From positions 15,810,001 through 15,874,000 of the forward strand of contig NC_087466.1 in assembly GCF_036321535.1 (NCBI RefSeq): 64,000 bases of DNA. The letters run 5' to 3'. Below are positions 12,701 through 24,487 of the stretch, in pieces (within the stretch, counting starts at the first letter, position 1; each line of letters opens with the position of its first letter). The notes beneath the pieces were generated by a model. That model was not told the origin of the DNA and did no database searches. It saw only the letters and a list, made by a program, of their open reading frames with translations. The stretch comes from Camelus dromedarius (Eukaryota). The translations under genes and the position numbers were made by a program.

Positions 12701-14599
12701 NNNNNNNNNNNNNNNNNNNNNNNNNNNNNNNNNNNNNNNNNNNNNNNNNNNNNNNNNNNNNNNNNNNNNNNNNNNNNNNNNNNNNNNNNNNNNNNNNNNN
12801 NNNNNNNNNNNNNNNNNNNNNNNNNNNNNNNNNNNNNNNNNNNNNNNNNNNNNNNNNNNNNTGAAAGAGGAACACCCAATAAGAGTTGGCATTTTTTATT
12901 GAGCGCTTACTGTGTGACTGGCGTTTTCACTTTACTCTGATGAGATAGACATGAGGGTCCCTATTTTATAGGCAAAGGTACTGAGGTTCAAGGAGGGGAA
13001 GACCTGCCCCAGGTCCCACAGTGAATTAGGGGGAAAGCCTGGGCTCAGGAAGTGGGTTGAGCAAGAAATGCAAACAGTGTTCAAGGTCTCCATTGTGATA
13101 GTGGTTACAGGACTGTATAGATTTGTCCAAACTCACAGGACTATACACTAAAAAGGGAGAATTTTACCCTGTGTAAAGCCTTCTGTAATAACCCTGACTT
13201 CAAAAAGGGAAAAGGAAAGAAAATACATACAGAAACCAAACAAACAAAGGCGCCCATGGGTTGTGAGTGGGTGAGGTCCCCTGGTGCCTGGGGCCTCTTC
13301 GTACTTTTCCCTCTAGCAGGGCTGTTTCCTTATTCACCTCTGTGGCCTCAGGCTCAGGGCCTGATACTGGGGAAATGTTTGCTTGCTTAAATGAATGAAT
13401 GAGCTAAATAATTATCTCTGGACCCATTTCTCCATCTATAAAATGAGAAATTGATGAAACAGTAAGGTGAATGCCAGCCAATCAGCTTAGAGGGTACATC
13501 CTCCGGGAAGACTTCCTGGATCCCCTTCCACTCTCAGACTGGATCTGGTGCCTCCTCTGGTCTCTAAGGCCAGGTTGTATTCCCTGCACTGATCACACTG
13601 TATGGTATTCATTGGTTCTGTGTGTCCTTAACGTGAATTTTCTGCAGTAGGGCCCATGTCTGTTTTGTGCTCTCAGTACATGGCATGTAGCAGGTGGAAT
13701 GTCTGATGAGTTAATGAATTAATGCACTTATTAGTTCTGGTCTGAGGTCCAAAATTGAATTATGCTGGTGTTGGCTGGAGCCAGGCAAGGGCCTAAAGCA
13801 GCAGAAATGGTCCAGTGCACAGAACCAGGAAATCCCTGGGCAGCAGGACTGAGTTGAAAGGCTTGACTTCTAGAGCACCAAGGAGACAATCCTGCTGTGA
13901 CCTCTGCAGGAAATCCAAGCCTCCTCCTGCACCAGGCAGGGGGGCCCCGGGAGAAGAACAGTCAGACTCCGGAAGGCAGATGGTTCGGAGCCAGGCTCCC
14001 CTGGCACTGGGAGCCTGCAATCTGCCTGCATCTGCTTGGGGCTGGGGTTGGGGTAGGGCATGTGGGGTACACGGATGTGGTCAGGTGCCAGCTCTTCTAC
14101 TTCTTAGCTGTCATTCAGTCTCACCAGGCCTCAGTCTTCACGTTTGTGAAGTGGGCAGAGCATATAATTCTACCTACTTCAACATGTTTATTCATTTTTA
14201 TACTATATATAGTTATATATTATTATGACTACATTATTGTTACTCAACATGTTTATGCCAAGGACACAATGAGGTCAAAATGCCTATTTTGTACCACTCA
14301 GAAAGATGTTAAACCCCCTAACATCTTTCCTCTTTTCTCCCAAACGTATTTCACCGTAATCAGAGCGGTCACTTGTGAGTTCCTAATAATAACATTAACT
14401 ATTCCTAAGGTTTATTGGGTGTCTGCTGTGTGTCACGCACTGCCCTATGCACTTTACATGTATTATCTCATTTCACAATGACCTTCTAAGGTGGGTTTGT
14501 TATTATCCATATTTTCCAGGTTTAGAGAGGTGCAGTGACTTGTCTGAGATCACACAGCTTCTGAGTGGTAAACCTGGGATGTGAAACATCTGTTAACTC

Positions 14600-14772
14600 C
14601 AGGGAGCACCACAATCCCCTGGAAAGTTTGTTCGAATACAGATTGCTGGGCCCTACCCCGAAATTTCTGCTGTAGCAGGTCTGGGGGCAGGGAGCCTGAG
14701 AATTTGCATTTCTTACAAGTTCCAGGGTGATGCTGTAGCTGCTGGTCCCAGGAGCATATTTTGAGAACCACT
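14600..14772. mobile_element. MER5A-like hAT MITE
   Basis: cagattgctgggccctacccc...aatttgcatttcttacaagttcc...ttgagaaccact. Confidence 0.75.
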
Positions 14773-15044
14773 ACTTCATACCAAGATTTCTCCACTGTCA
14801 TTATCCCAATTAGGCATTTTATGTCATGTCCAGCCTAATACAATAGACTCAATTCACAGAGTTTTAAGTCTAGCATAGTTCATTCAGCACTTGGCACATA
14901 TGACCCTATATTCTTCATTAACTCTTAAAAAATTATCCATTTTAAAGGGGCAAAAAATAACTAGAAAATATAAATGAGCAGAAAGGACAGAATTAGCTCT
15001 GGTCTCACCAATTACTCAGAGAGATGGGTTTTTGTTATACATGG

Positions 15045-15390
15045 TTGTATAGTAAAGGTTTCTGGATTAACCAACTCACTGGATTAAGAATTCACTGGAG
15101 CTGGCTCCTGGGTTAGCCAACACTCACCTTGCCTACTGTAAACTGGAGAACAAGGAAGTGCCCACAGCAGCTGGAGGACTCAGCTGTAGTAGGACCAGCC
15201 ACTAACTCCTGCTGACTTGACAACTGTGTGACCGTGTGCTTATCAAGCGTCAGCTGGGTGGGTTCTCCAGTCACTTACTCGTGTTATTAAACCATATAAC
15301 TGCATATGACAAACGGATGACATATGAGTAGGAAAAGACAACTGATGTTTCTACATGCACAGTTGAATGCTTTGGAGAGATTCTTTAAAA
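15045..15390 (+). mobile_element. Old Tigger-like DNA transposon fragment
   Basis: Starts near ttaacc; ends with atgagtaggaaaagacaa...gttgaatgctttggagagattc, resembling a decayed Tigger transposase start. Confidence 0.4.
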
Positions 15391-15399
15391 CAGTTCGTT

Positions 15400-15672
15400 G
15401 TTATGCGTCATTATAAATATGCCCAAATCCATAGAATGTACAACCATTACATCAGAGTGAACCCTAATGTAAACTTGGACTTCAGGTGATAATGATGTGT
15501 TAATGTGGGTCCATTCATTGAAACAAACGTCCCACTCTGGTGGGGGATTTTAAGAACGGGGGAGGCTGTGCATATGTGTGGGGGTCAGGGGAGCATGTGA
15601 GAAATCTCTGTCCCTCTTGCTAATATTGCTATGAATCTAAAACTGCTCTAGAAAATAAAGTCATTAAAAAAG
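15400..15672 (+). mobile_element. L1MC-type 3' end
   Basis: aatccatagaatgtacaac...agtgaaccctaatgtaaac...ctaaaactgctcta.aaaataaagtc. Confidence 0.8.
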
Positions 15673-16164
15673 AAAGATGAGTGAAACCACAGCTTGAACC
15701 ACAATGGCCATATGGTATGAGCACAAAATAAACTTTTGTCATAAACCACTGGGGCTGTGTGTGTGATGCCGGTGGCGGGGGGGGAGCTGGTTGGATTAGG
15801 TGTGGTCTGGACAAAAACACTATTGGGTGGGGATGAAGGTGGAATTCTAAAAATCTAGACAACTAGGACCTTCAGATCTACATCAACTTTTAAGAAGCCC
15901 AAACTAGAACTCAGGGGAGAGGATTCTGAAAGAAGGAAGTGGGGAAACGCCAACCTGCTGACTCAGATCAGGCTCAAAGAAAAGGCTTTGGCCCTACATC
16001 AAAAGATTGGTGAATGAATATACAGCAATAGGTTTTTAAGTTAAACTAGAATATTTAAGGGTTGTAAGTCTTCTTTTTTATCATGTCCTGCTTCAATGGA
16101 CTTTTTCAATAAACTTACCAGCTACTCATCTGATCAGACTGGATTACAGAGCTCCTACTCCACA

Positions 16165-16311
16165 TTTTTTTTTAATTTAAACTTTTTCGTTTTTGGGGGG
16201 GGGTAATTAGGTTTATCCATTTATTTATTTTTTTAATGGAGGTACTGGGGATTGAACCCAGGACCTCATGCATGCTAAGCACACACTTTATCACTGAGCT
16301 ATACCTTCCCC
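16165..16311 (-). mobile_element. tRNA-Ala-derived SINE, long form with CCTAATTACC tail
   Basis: Same tRNA-like head, an A-rich linker, the 3' motif and poly(A). Confidence 0.9.
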
Positions 16312-17599
16312 ACTAGCATTATTTTTTACATTAGAGACAAGAGGGAGGGGACTGTGCAGTTCTTGATTATTTATTGATCTTCATCCCTCTGCAGCCAATG
16401 ATATCTGATACTGGCACAGCACTTTACAGTTTATAAAGCACTTTCAAGTGTATTTAATTCTCACAACTCTGGGCAGCAGGCGTTATTACCCCCTTTTTAC
16501 AGGTTGGGAAACTGAGGCTCAGGGAAGGGAGAGAAAGGCTTCAAGTAAAACTACCAGCAAGGCATTTAACTGGGGCAAGACCTTAGACTTACTTGGTGAA
16601 GTAACTATAGTCCAGGGCATTGTGTTAGCCAAGGGGTAAAGGAATAAAAGCACTAAATCTTTAGCAACTGAGGAGGAGATGCCTTGGGGCAGGAGGTAGG
16701 GGGTAAGGAGTAGAGACTAGGATGTGACCCTGGTTCATCTCTGGATCTTGGCACACAGTAGGCCCTCAGGAAATATTCAGTGCTTGGTTGAAGAAATGAG
16801 GAGTGAATGAATGAATGAATGATGTGCGAAACTTAGAGCAAGTCCCCTGCTCTCTCTGGACTCAGTCTCCCGTCATTAAGTGGCTGAGGCTCTTCTCCTT
16901 GGGAAAATGGGCAGACATAGACAGTTTTTGACTCCATTTCCGGATGTTCACAGAACACCTTCCTGAACGCCCACTATAGATTCCTTAGGAGATGGTGACC
17001 CAAGGAACCCTGAGTAGGAAGCCCCTGAACTTAAGGGTCTGAGGTCCCCTCCAGCTCTGATGTTAATGCCTGTCGTGATAACAATAACAATAATTATAAA
17101 AGAATTCAGAAGTTTTTGGACACTGACTCTGGGCCAGGCACTGTGCTTAGAGCTTTACTTCAATTAAACGCTTCCCAGCCCGTGAATAATAATGATGCTG
17201 CCATTATTATCATCATCTCTGTTCTGCCCATGAAGAAACTGAAGCTTAGCGGGACTCAATAACTTGCTCAGTTAGCAGAGTCAGGAAGCAGGGGCTCTGG
17301 TTTCCAATTCAGAAGGGCAGACACCAGAGCCTCAGCACTCTCCCACCTCCATTCCAGGAAAGTATAAACATGTGAGCCCCATGTGGCTCTTTCAAGGCCA
17401 AATTCAAGTTGCTGTATTTGAAGAACATATACTGCTGGCAACCAGTCTTTCCTTCATGCATTTGTTCAGTCGTCATGTACGTGCCAGACACCAACTGCCT
17501 AATGGGGGCTCACGATGATCACGGTCCCTGCCCTCAAGCAGCCCCATTTATGGCATCTTTCCTCTGACACTCCCCGCACCAGCTTTGGGGTGTGAGCTG

Positions 17600-17910
17600 T
17601 TGCAATGCAGATTCTCAGGCCCTGCTCCAGTCCCCGGAATCAGACTCTCTGAACTTGGAGCCTGGGAATCTTTTTTTTTTTTTAAACACTTTTTATTTAT
17701 TTATAATCATTTTACAATGTTGTGTCAAATTCCAGTGTTCAGCACAATTTTTCAGTTATTCATGGACTTATACACACTCATTGTCACATTTTTTTCTCTG
17801 TGAGTTATCATAACATTTTGTGTGTATTTCCCTGTGCTATACAGTGTAGTCTATTCTACGAGCCTGGGAATCTTCATCTGACAAGCTTCCCCGGTGACTA
17901 TAGACACTGA
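17600..17910. mobile_element. MER5-like hAT MITE interrupted by the L1 insertion
   Basis: atgcagattctcaggccc...gaatcagactctctg...gggaatct|tcatctgacaagcttcccc is MER5-like. Confidence 0.65.
17673..17859 (-). mobile_element. 5'-truncated young L1 3' end (camelid/artiodactyl type)
   Basis: Poly(T) then tttacaatgttgtgtcaaattccagtg...tttccctgtgctatacag. Perfect 15-bp TSD gagcctgggaatctt (17658-17672 / 17860-17874). Confidence 0.9.
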
Positions 17911-20900
17911 GGCATAGAATATCCGGATGGAAGGTGAGCAAGCAAACCAGCAAGTATTACACAGAGAAAAATTTTCTCTACCAATTATGGAGGCTACCAG
18001 GGAAGGTTTCTTGGAGGAGGTGACCTTTAAGATGAGACCTGAAGGGGGAATAGGAGTGAACAGACCAAAAGGAAGAGGAAAGAGACACAGAAAGCAAGAA
18101 GCCAGTCTGTCTGTGGGGGATTCACAGTGGAGGGGGGCGGAGTGAGGGAAGAGGGGTGGGAGAGGGGGAGCCACTTGGCAGAGTGATGCGCCCAGGGGGC
18201 TCTGGGACCGCAGAAGAGGCATTGACTCAGCCTGAGGAATCTTGACTGTTTTCCAACACCCAGGTATAAGCATTTAAGCATCGGCTTCATCACATCTTGA
18301 GTGAAGAGAACGGGTGTGGAGGAGATTCAGGGCTGGCTGGAGGTGTGGTCTCCCAGGACATTAGAGGCCTCTTATCAGCCAACTAACAGTGGGCGGAAGC
18401 CAAATCATCTTCTAATCTGAATGCTGTTTTCACCTCCATTGTCAATGCTAAGTCTTTGTTTATCTGTACTAAGTCCTTCCATCTAGAGCCCTTAGTGCGG
18501 GTAGTAAATGGCATAGAAGGCCTTTGTAATGGGACCCGGAGAACACCTGTTTAGATCCACCCTATTACAGAGGAAGCACAGGGTCTCTTTCCTTTTGGAA
18601 TAGCTCTCCTGGCCACCACTGATGACTCGTATTAGGTGGTTAGTAGGACTCTGGCCCTGGCCAGTCTGGATTCAAATCCCCTTCCAACTGTTTTCTAATT
18701 ATCTGTCCTTGGACTACGTTACTTGAGCTCCTGATGCCTCAATTTCCTCCTGTGGCCAAGGAGGTTACTAAAAGTACCTATTATCTCCAAAGTGTTATTT
18801 TGAAAATGAAATGAATTTTCCTATGAAAAGTTTAGAAGAGTGCCCGGCACACAGTAGGACCTCAGAAAATGTTGGGTAACGAAAAAGAAACAAATGCACA
18901 GATTATGATTTGTGCTACAAAAAATACGATACTTGCTATTGAAAAAAGAGGGTCTCCTTCAGAGACAGTGACCAGGGAAGGCTTCTTCAAGAAGGCTGAT
19001 ATTGAAGGGGAGACAAACCACAGGACAGGTTGGGGGAGGAGGATTCCAGGCAGGGGGGCACAGCGTTACCAAGGCCCTGAGGCGGGAATAAGGTTGGCTT
19101 GTTCAAGGAACAAGAAAGGCAGTACAGCTTGGTGTGAGCCTATCTCTATGGCTGCCATCTTCCAGCTGAAGAAAGGAGGCTCAGAGAAATCAAGACTAGC
19201 CCACAGAAGTGCTGGAGGCAAGATTTGAACCTGAGTTCAGTTCACTAGGAATTCTACTTTTCTTTCCAGCAGTGTTCAAGTTCATTCAACATTTACAAAC
19301 TTGAATGGAGACCTAGAGTCTGATTTAAGCTTGAGAAAGGTCTCTAACCCAGGCATAGTTTAAACAGACCTCCTTTCCCTTGGGGTCATTGGCACCAAAG
19401 TTGGCTGATTTCAACACAGAAAATGTATAATGTTGGGGTCAAAACTATGTGCATTAACTACGGGGTGGGGTGCAGGCTAGAAATTAAGGGAGAAATGGAT
19501 CCCCCAGTGTTGGCTCACAGGTAGGCAGTGAGCCCTCTCTTCCTCCCCTGCATAGTCTACAAATGAAAATGGGTTACAGGAGCCATTTAAATCAGCAATG
19601 ACTCTGAACGGTGGGCCCAGGGAGGACTTTTACCTTCTAATTTATTTCTGTCTGAAGTTTTTACAACTGACATATTTTCTTTTGTCACCAGAAGAACAAC
19701 AACAGCAAAATAATAATAAAATGCTTCAGTGTAAAAGAAAAATTTTTTAAAGAACAATTAATATTTATTACTGTGCGGCCTGTCATGGGAAATGCAGATA
19801 TTAGGGTAATTGTCTGGGTGCAGCTCAGGATATAGATCATGGGGAACAAAAAGTTGTTAACTAAAAACAGAAGACATGATGTTGTATTGCACAGTAAAGT
19901 CCAAAAATTGTGTCAAATTTTTAAAAAGCAGAATCACTTCATTTAAAAAAAATACTGATGTGTCAGGCACTGGGTTTGGTGTTGGGATACAGCAGTAAGC
20001 AAGGTTGGCAAGGTCCCTGCTCTCATGGAACTCCCCAGCTACTTAGAAGTTAGTGAGACGAGGAGTGGGAAGAGCATTCCTGCCAGAGAGAACAGCATGA
20101 GCAAAGGCCCTGAGGTTGGAAGGGACTTGGCATATTTCAGAAACAGAAAGAAGGTTAGCTCAGAAGATGACTGAGGTGTCCTTAGTGAAAATGGTGGTGA
20201 TAGGCAGTGATTATATCCTTCAGGACTTTAGAGGTCAGAATAAGGCATTTGGGTTTTATCCTTGGAGATCTATTTAAACCACGCCTGGGTCTCACGCCAT
20301 TGAAGGGTTGCAGAGAGGAGAGGTGGTCTAGGCAGATTTGCACTTTAGCTCCTCCGTGAACAGATTGGAGGTGGTGAAGCTATACAGAGACAGACCAGCT
20401 CGCAGGCTACTGCAATAACCCAGGAGAGAGAAGAGTGGCCATGACAAAACAGGGATGGAGATTAGACAGACATTTCCAAAGTAAAATCCACTTGGTGGGA
20501 GAATGAAAGCAGAGACAATGAGAATGATCGACTCCTAGTTTGTCAGCATGGGGACTGGGTGGATGATGGTGCCATTATAAGGCCACCTACCCAATGACAA
20601 GAGACACCTAAAATTAATAATCTAGTGGGAGATGCAGGCTTGGAGACTACCATTCATCACACGCAGTGCCATGAAATGTGCTAAAAGAGAGAGGCTGGAA
20701 GGGCCTCTGGAGGCAGTGAGGGAGTGGGGAAAGATTGTGGCTGGGGAGACTCAAAAGGGAAAGAGATCACAATAGACGGAGTCGTAGGAGGGAAGCTGGA
20801 GGCAAAGAGGCTCAGGAAGACGACGTGATGTGGAGCTTAGAGAAGACCTATGTGGCTGACGCATGAAGTGGGTGGAGGTGCCCCTGGGAGGCCCTACATG

Positions 20901-22537
20901 CCAATCTATGGAGTCAGTGGAGAGAAATTACACCCTGTTCTAGAAGAAGAAGAGGACTTGGTCCTTCTTATATTTTAGAAAGTCAGTGATGAATGTGTGA
21001 GAGGCAGTAAAATGGGTGCTTGTCTATGTACCCAATGTCTCTACAAGGATCATGGCAAATCTCTAGTATGGTAACCTTCTTTGAGTGAAACTGGGTGTTT
21101 GGAGGACAGAGATGGGGGAGCCTTGTCATTCTTTATTATTTATTTAATTTATTGGTAATTTGAACCATATAGATGTACCATATCCAATACTTCTATATTT
21201 AAAATAATTATGAAGGAAAAACATATACTGGTAAAAAGCAAAGACGTTAGGGTCAGACAGCCATGCTTCTGAATCTTGGCACTCTCTCTAGCTGTGTCAA
21301 CATTTGCTTCTCTGAGTCTTTGTAAAATGTAAAATGGGGATAAGAGTTCTTACTTCAAAAGGTTGTTGGAAGGATTAAATGAGATAATATATATTGAGTG
21401 CCAGCAACACAGGAAGGATAGGCTAAATAGATGCTATTAGTATTAGTAATTAATAATGCTAACATAGGTGGGCACACAGAAAGTCTCAGCTTGACAGGCT
21501 GGGGGTTGGGGGGGTGGGGGGTGTTTGAAGGGGAGATTGGGGAGGCAGAGTCAAGGGAAGGGATTTGAAATATGACACAGCTGAAGGCTGTCTAAGTGAT
21601 CACTACCTCTCTAAGCCACAATGACCCTCCTTAGCAAAATGGGATGCTAGCTCACCTCCCTACCAAGATCAAAGAGCTACTGGGTGGGGGCAATTAGTCA
21701 CCAGCCAAGCGCAGCACAGTGTGAGTTATGAGTTATGAAGATGATGATTTTCGGGATGACCTCTCTCTCTCTCTGTTTCCTAGGCCCAGGGAGCCTTTCA
21801 GGCTCTTCTCTGCCTCTCATTGTGGGGTGAGGTGGGGTGAGGGGATGTTCTCTAGGAAGTGAAGTTTTCTTGTTCCAATCTGGGGAAGTCTTAGAGGCAA
21901 GGTCTTAAGAAGGAGTCCCTGAGCCCAGGCTCCCTCTAACCCGCTCGCAGTTTCCACCTCCCTCCCTCCTTCAAGGATTCTGAGATCAGACAGCCACGTT
22001 GAAGGTCGCAGGCAAGACTTAACTCTGTCCAGACTCGTGGGCGGCGCCCGCACATGCGGAGCCTGCCACCCACAGGGAGAGAGCGGTACTGCAGGTGCGG
22101 GTACCAGAGACGCCCCCATCCATCAAGTCACCTTTCCATCAATGCTTACTCAGCGCCTTTTCTGCACCAGGCAGAAAGGGTCCCTGCCCTCATGGGGCTT
22201 ATAGTTTAATGGGAGGAATACCAACAACAGCAGTGCTGGTAGCGACTTCAAAGTCTGCTTTTTAGTGAAAGACTTTGTTTTTATAACAGAAGTAAACATT
22301 TCACTGTAGAAATTTTTAAAAGAAAATTAAAACCCAGACATACTCCTTTTAACATGTAAGTATAGCCCTTACAGTATTTCTCTTTGCATTTTACCAAAAT
22401 GGAAACATACATTTCATAATATTTCGTAGCTTGCTTTGTGGTATTTAACAGCTTTACTGAAATATATTTCACAGACCATAAACTGGTTCTGTTTTTAACT
22501 CAGTGTAACAATAGGTGATTAATAATAATATAATACA

Positions 22538-22622
22538 GAGGAGGGAGGGTATAGCTCAGTGGCAGAGCGTGTGCTTAGCATGCACGAGGTCCTGGGTTCA
22601 GTCCCCAGTACTGCGATTAAAA

Positions 22623-22665
<43 letters not shown>

Positions 22666-22694
22666 CTCAATTACCTCCCCCTCAAAAAAGAAAA
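22538..22694 (+). mobile_element. tRNA-Ala-derived SINE, long form, with (AAAT)~11 microsatellite
   Basis: 17-bp TSD with 1 mismatch (22521-22537 / 22695-22711); (AAAT)n at ~22620-22665. Confidence 0.9.
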
Positions 22695-23389
22695 AATAAT
22701 ACTATAATACAAATTGTTGCTATTTGTTGAGCAAGATGCTAAGTGCTTTTACACACATCACAATCAGTCCTCCCAACAATCTTACAGGTAAATATGTACT
22801 ATGATATACCCACTTCTGCAGATGAAGAAACTGAGGCACAGAAAGTTGAAGTGATTTGTCCAGCAAAACTAGCAGAGCCACAGTTTTAATCCAGGTTTGT
22901 CTGAGAAACTGAGCTCTCAACCATTTTGTTATGACAGCTCTGTGCCAGGTTGTATGGGAGTTTAGAGGAATCTTGGGAAAGGGTTGAGGGAGGAGAGATC
23001 TTCTGGGTTCAGTGTGGAAATGAGGAGATGGAACAGTCCTCATACGCGTTGCAGTGAGCTTAAACATCACTGGGGGACCAGAGGCCAGGGACGCAGTGTA
23101 ACCAGGGAAGGCTGCCTATAGGAGATGAGGACTGAGTGGGGTGAGTGCAGACAGAGACAGGCAACAGGGTGGGAAGGGCGTTTCCAGCCAGGAGGAGCCA
23201 GCCTGTGCAAAGCCTCAGGTGCAAATTTGATCATCTCTCTCCTTGCTTAAAAGCAAATCTCTCTACACTTCAGATAAAATCCTAATTCAGCATGGCCTGC
23301 AAGACACCGGATATTCTTGCTTCTTACCTCCCCTCACACCTCTAACCTTAGCGCATTGTTTGGAATTCTGGATACAATACCCATATATT

Positions 23390-23490
23390 TTCTTTCTCTT
23401 TTTCTTTTAGTGGAGGTACTGGAGATTGAACCCAAGACCTCATTGTGCATGCCAAGCAAGCGCTCTACCACTGAGCTATTTCCCTTCCCC
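23390..23490 (-). mobile_element. tRNA-Ala-derived SINE, short form, more diverged
   Basis: tggaggtactggagattgaaccc...ctctaccactgagcta. Confidence 0.85.
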
Positions 23491-23647
23491 TGGGTATCCC
23501 TATATTTTCTCTGTGGTGAGTCTACCTGGAAAACTCTTCCCATCTCCCTCCCAACCCAAACTTGCCCCAGACTTACTTATATTTTTTTGGTGGTGGGGAG
23601 GATGACTTAGATGTCATCTCCTACAGGAAGCCTTCCCTGACTGCCCC

Positions 23648-24487
23648 TCCAGGCCAAATGCCCTTCTGCTCTGCTTCTATAAACCTTGTCTCCCCTCCCC
23701 TAATCATGGCAATAAGAATAGTTAACAATTGTTGAGCACTCACTTTGTGCCAGGCACTGTGCTAAGGTCACTTGTCCTTACTAAATTGGTATCAGAGAGT
23801 GATTAAATGTGCAACTTTTGAGCTAGACTTCTTGGATTTGAATTCTGGCTCAATCACTTAAAATCCCTCCCTTTGTGCCTCAGTTTCCTTATCTGTAAAA
23901 TGGGAATAAGAAGAATAGCTATCTCACAGGAGCTCTGCAGTGACTACATTAATGCATGTGAGGGACCCAGTACATGGCAAGTGCTTAATAAATGTTAGCT
24001 AATAACTATTATCCTGTTAAGTCCTTGTAATAACTCCAATTCACAGGTGAGACCTTAAGAAGCAACTTGATTTGCCCATAATTATGCAGCTAAGGAGCCA
24101 ACTTGTGACTTGAACTTGATGCCAAGGTTCTGCTGTATTGCCTCCCATTGTAGAACCCATCACACTGGTTGTAGTAACTGCTTACTTGTCAGTTTCTCCC
24201 TCCAGATTGGGTGTTCCATGAGGGCCCCTGCTGTTGCCCCAGTCCAAGGACACAGTTGAGGCCCTAATTAAATCAATTAATGATGCTGAGCAGCTCAGAC
24301 AAGTTATTCAGATGATGGAAGTGGTGGTCATAGTACACCCTGACCTCACCTGCCTGCCATGTGCTTGGGAAAATGCTTCAGTGCCTCCTCCATAGTCCAG
24401 GCCAAATGCCCCTCTGCTCTGTTTCCACAGAACCTGTACCCCTCCCCTGACCATGGCAAAAATAATAGTGAACAATAACTGAGCACT
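23648..24487 (+). repeat. Dispersed direct repeat, ~92-bp units at 23648-23740 and 24396-24487
   Basis: About 82% identity by manual alignment; offset ~748 bp. Confidence 0.8.
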
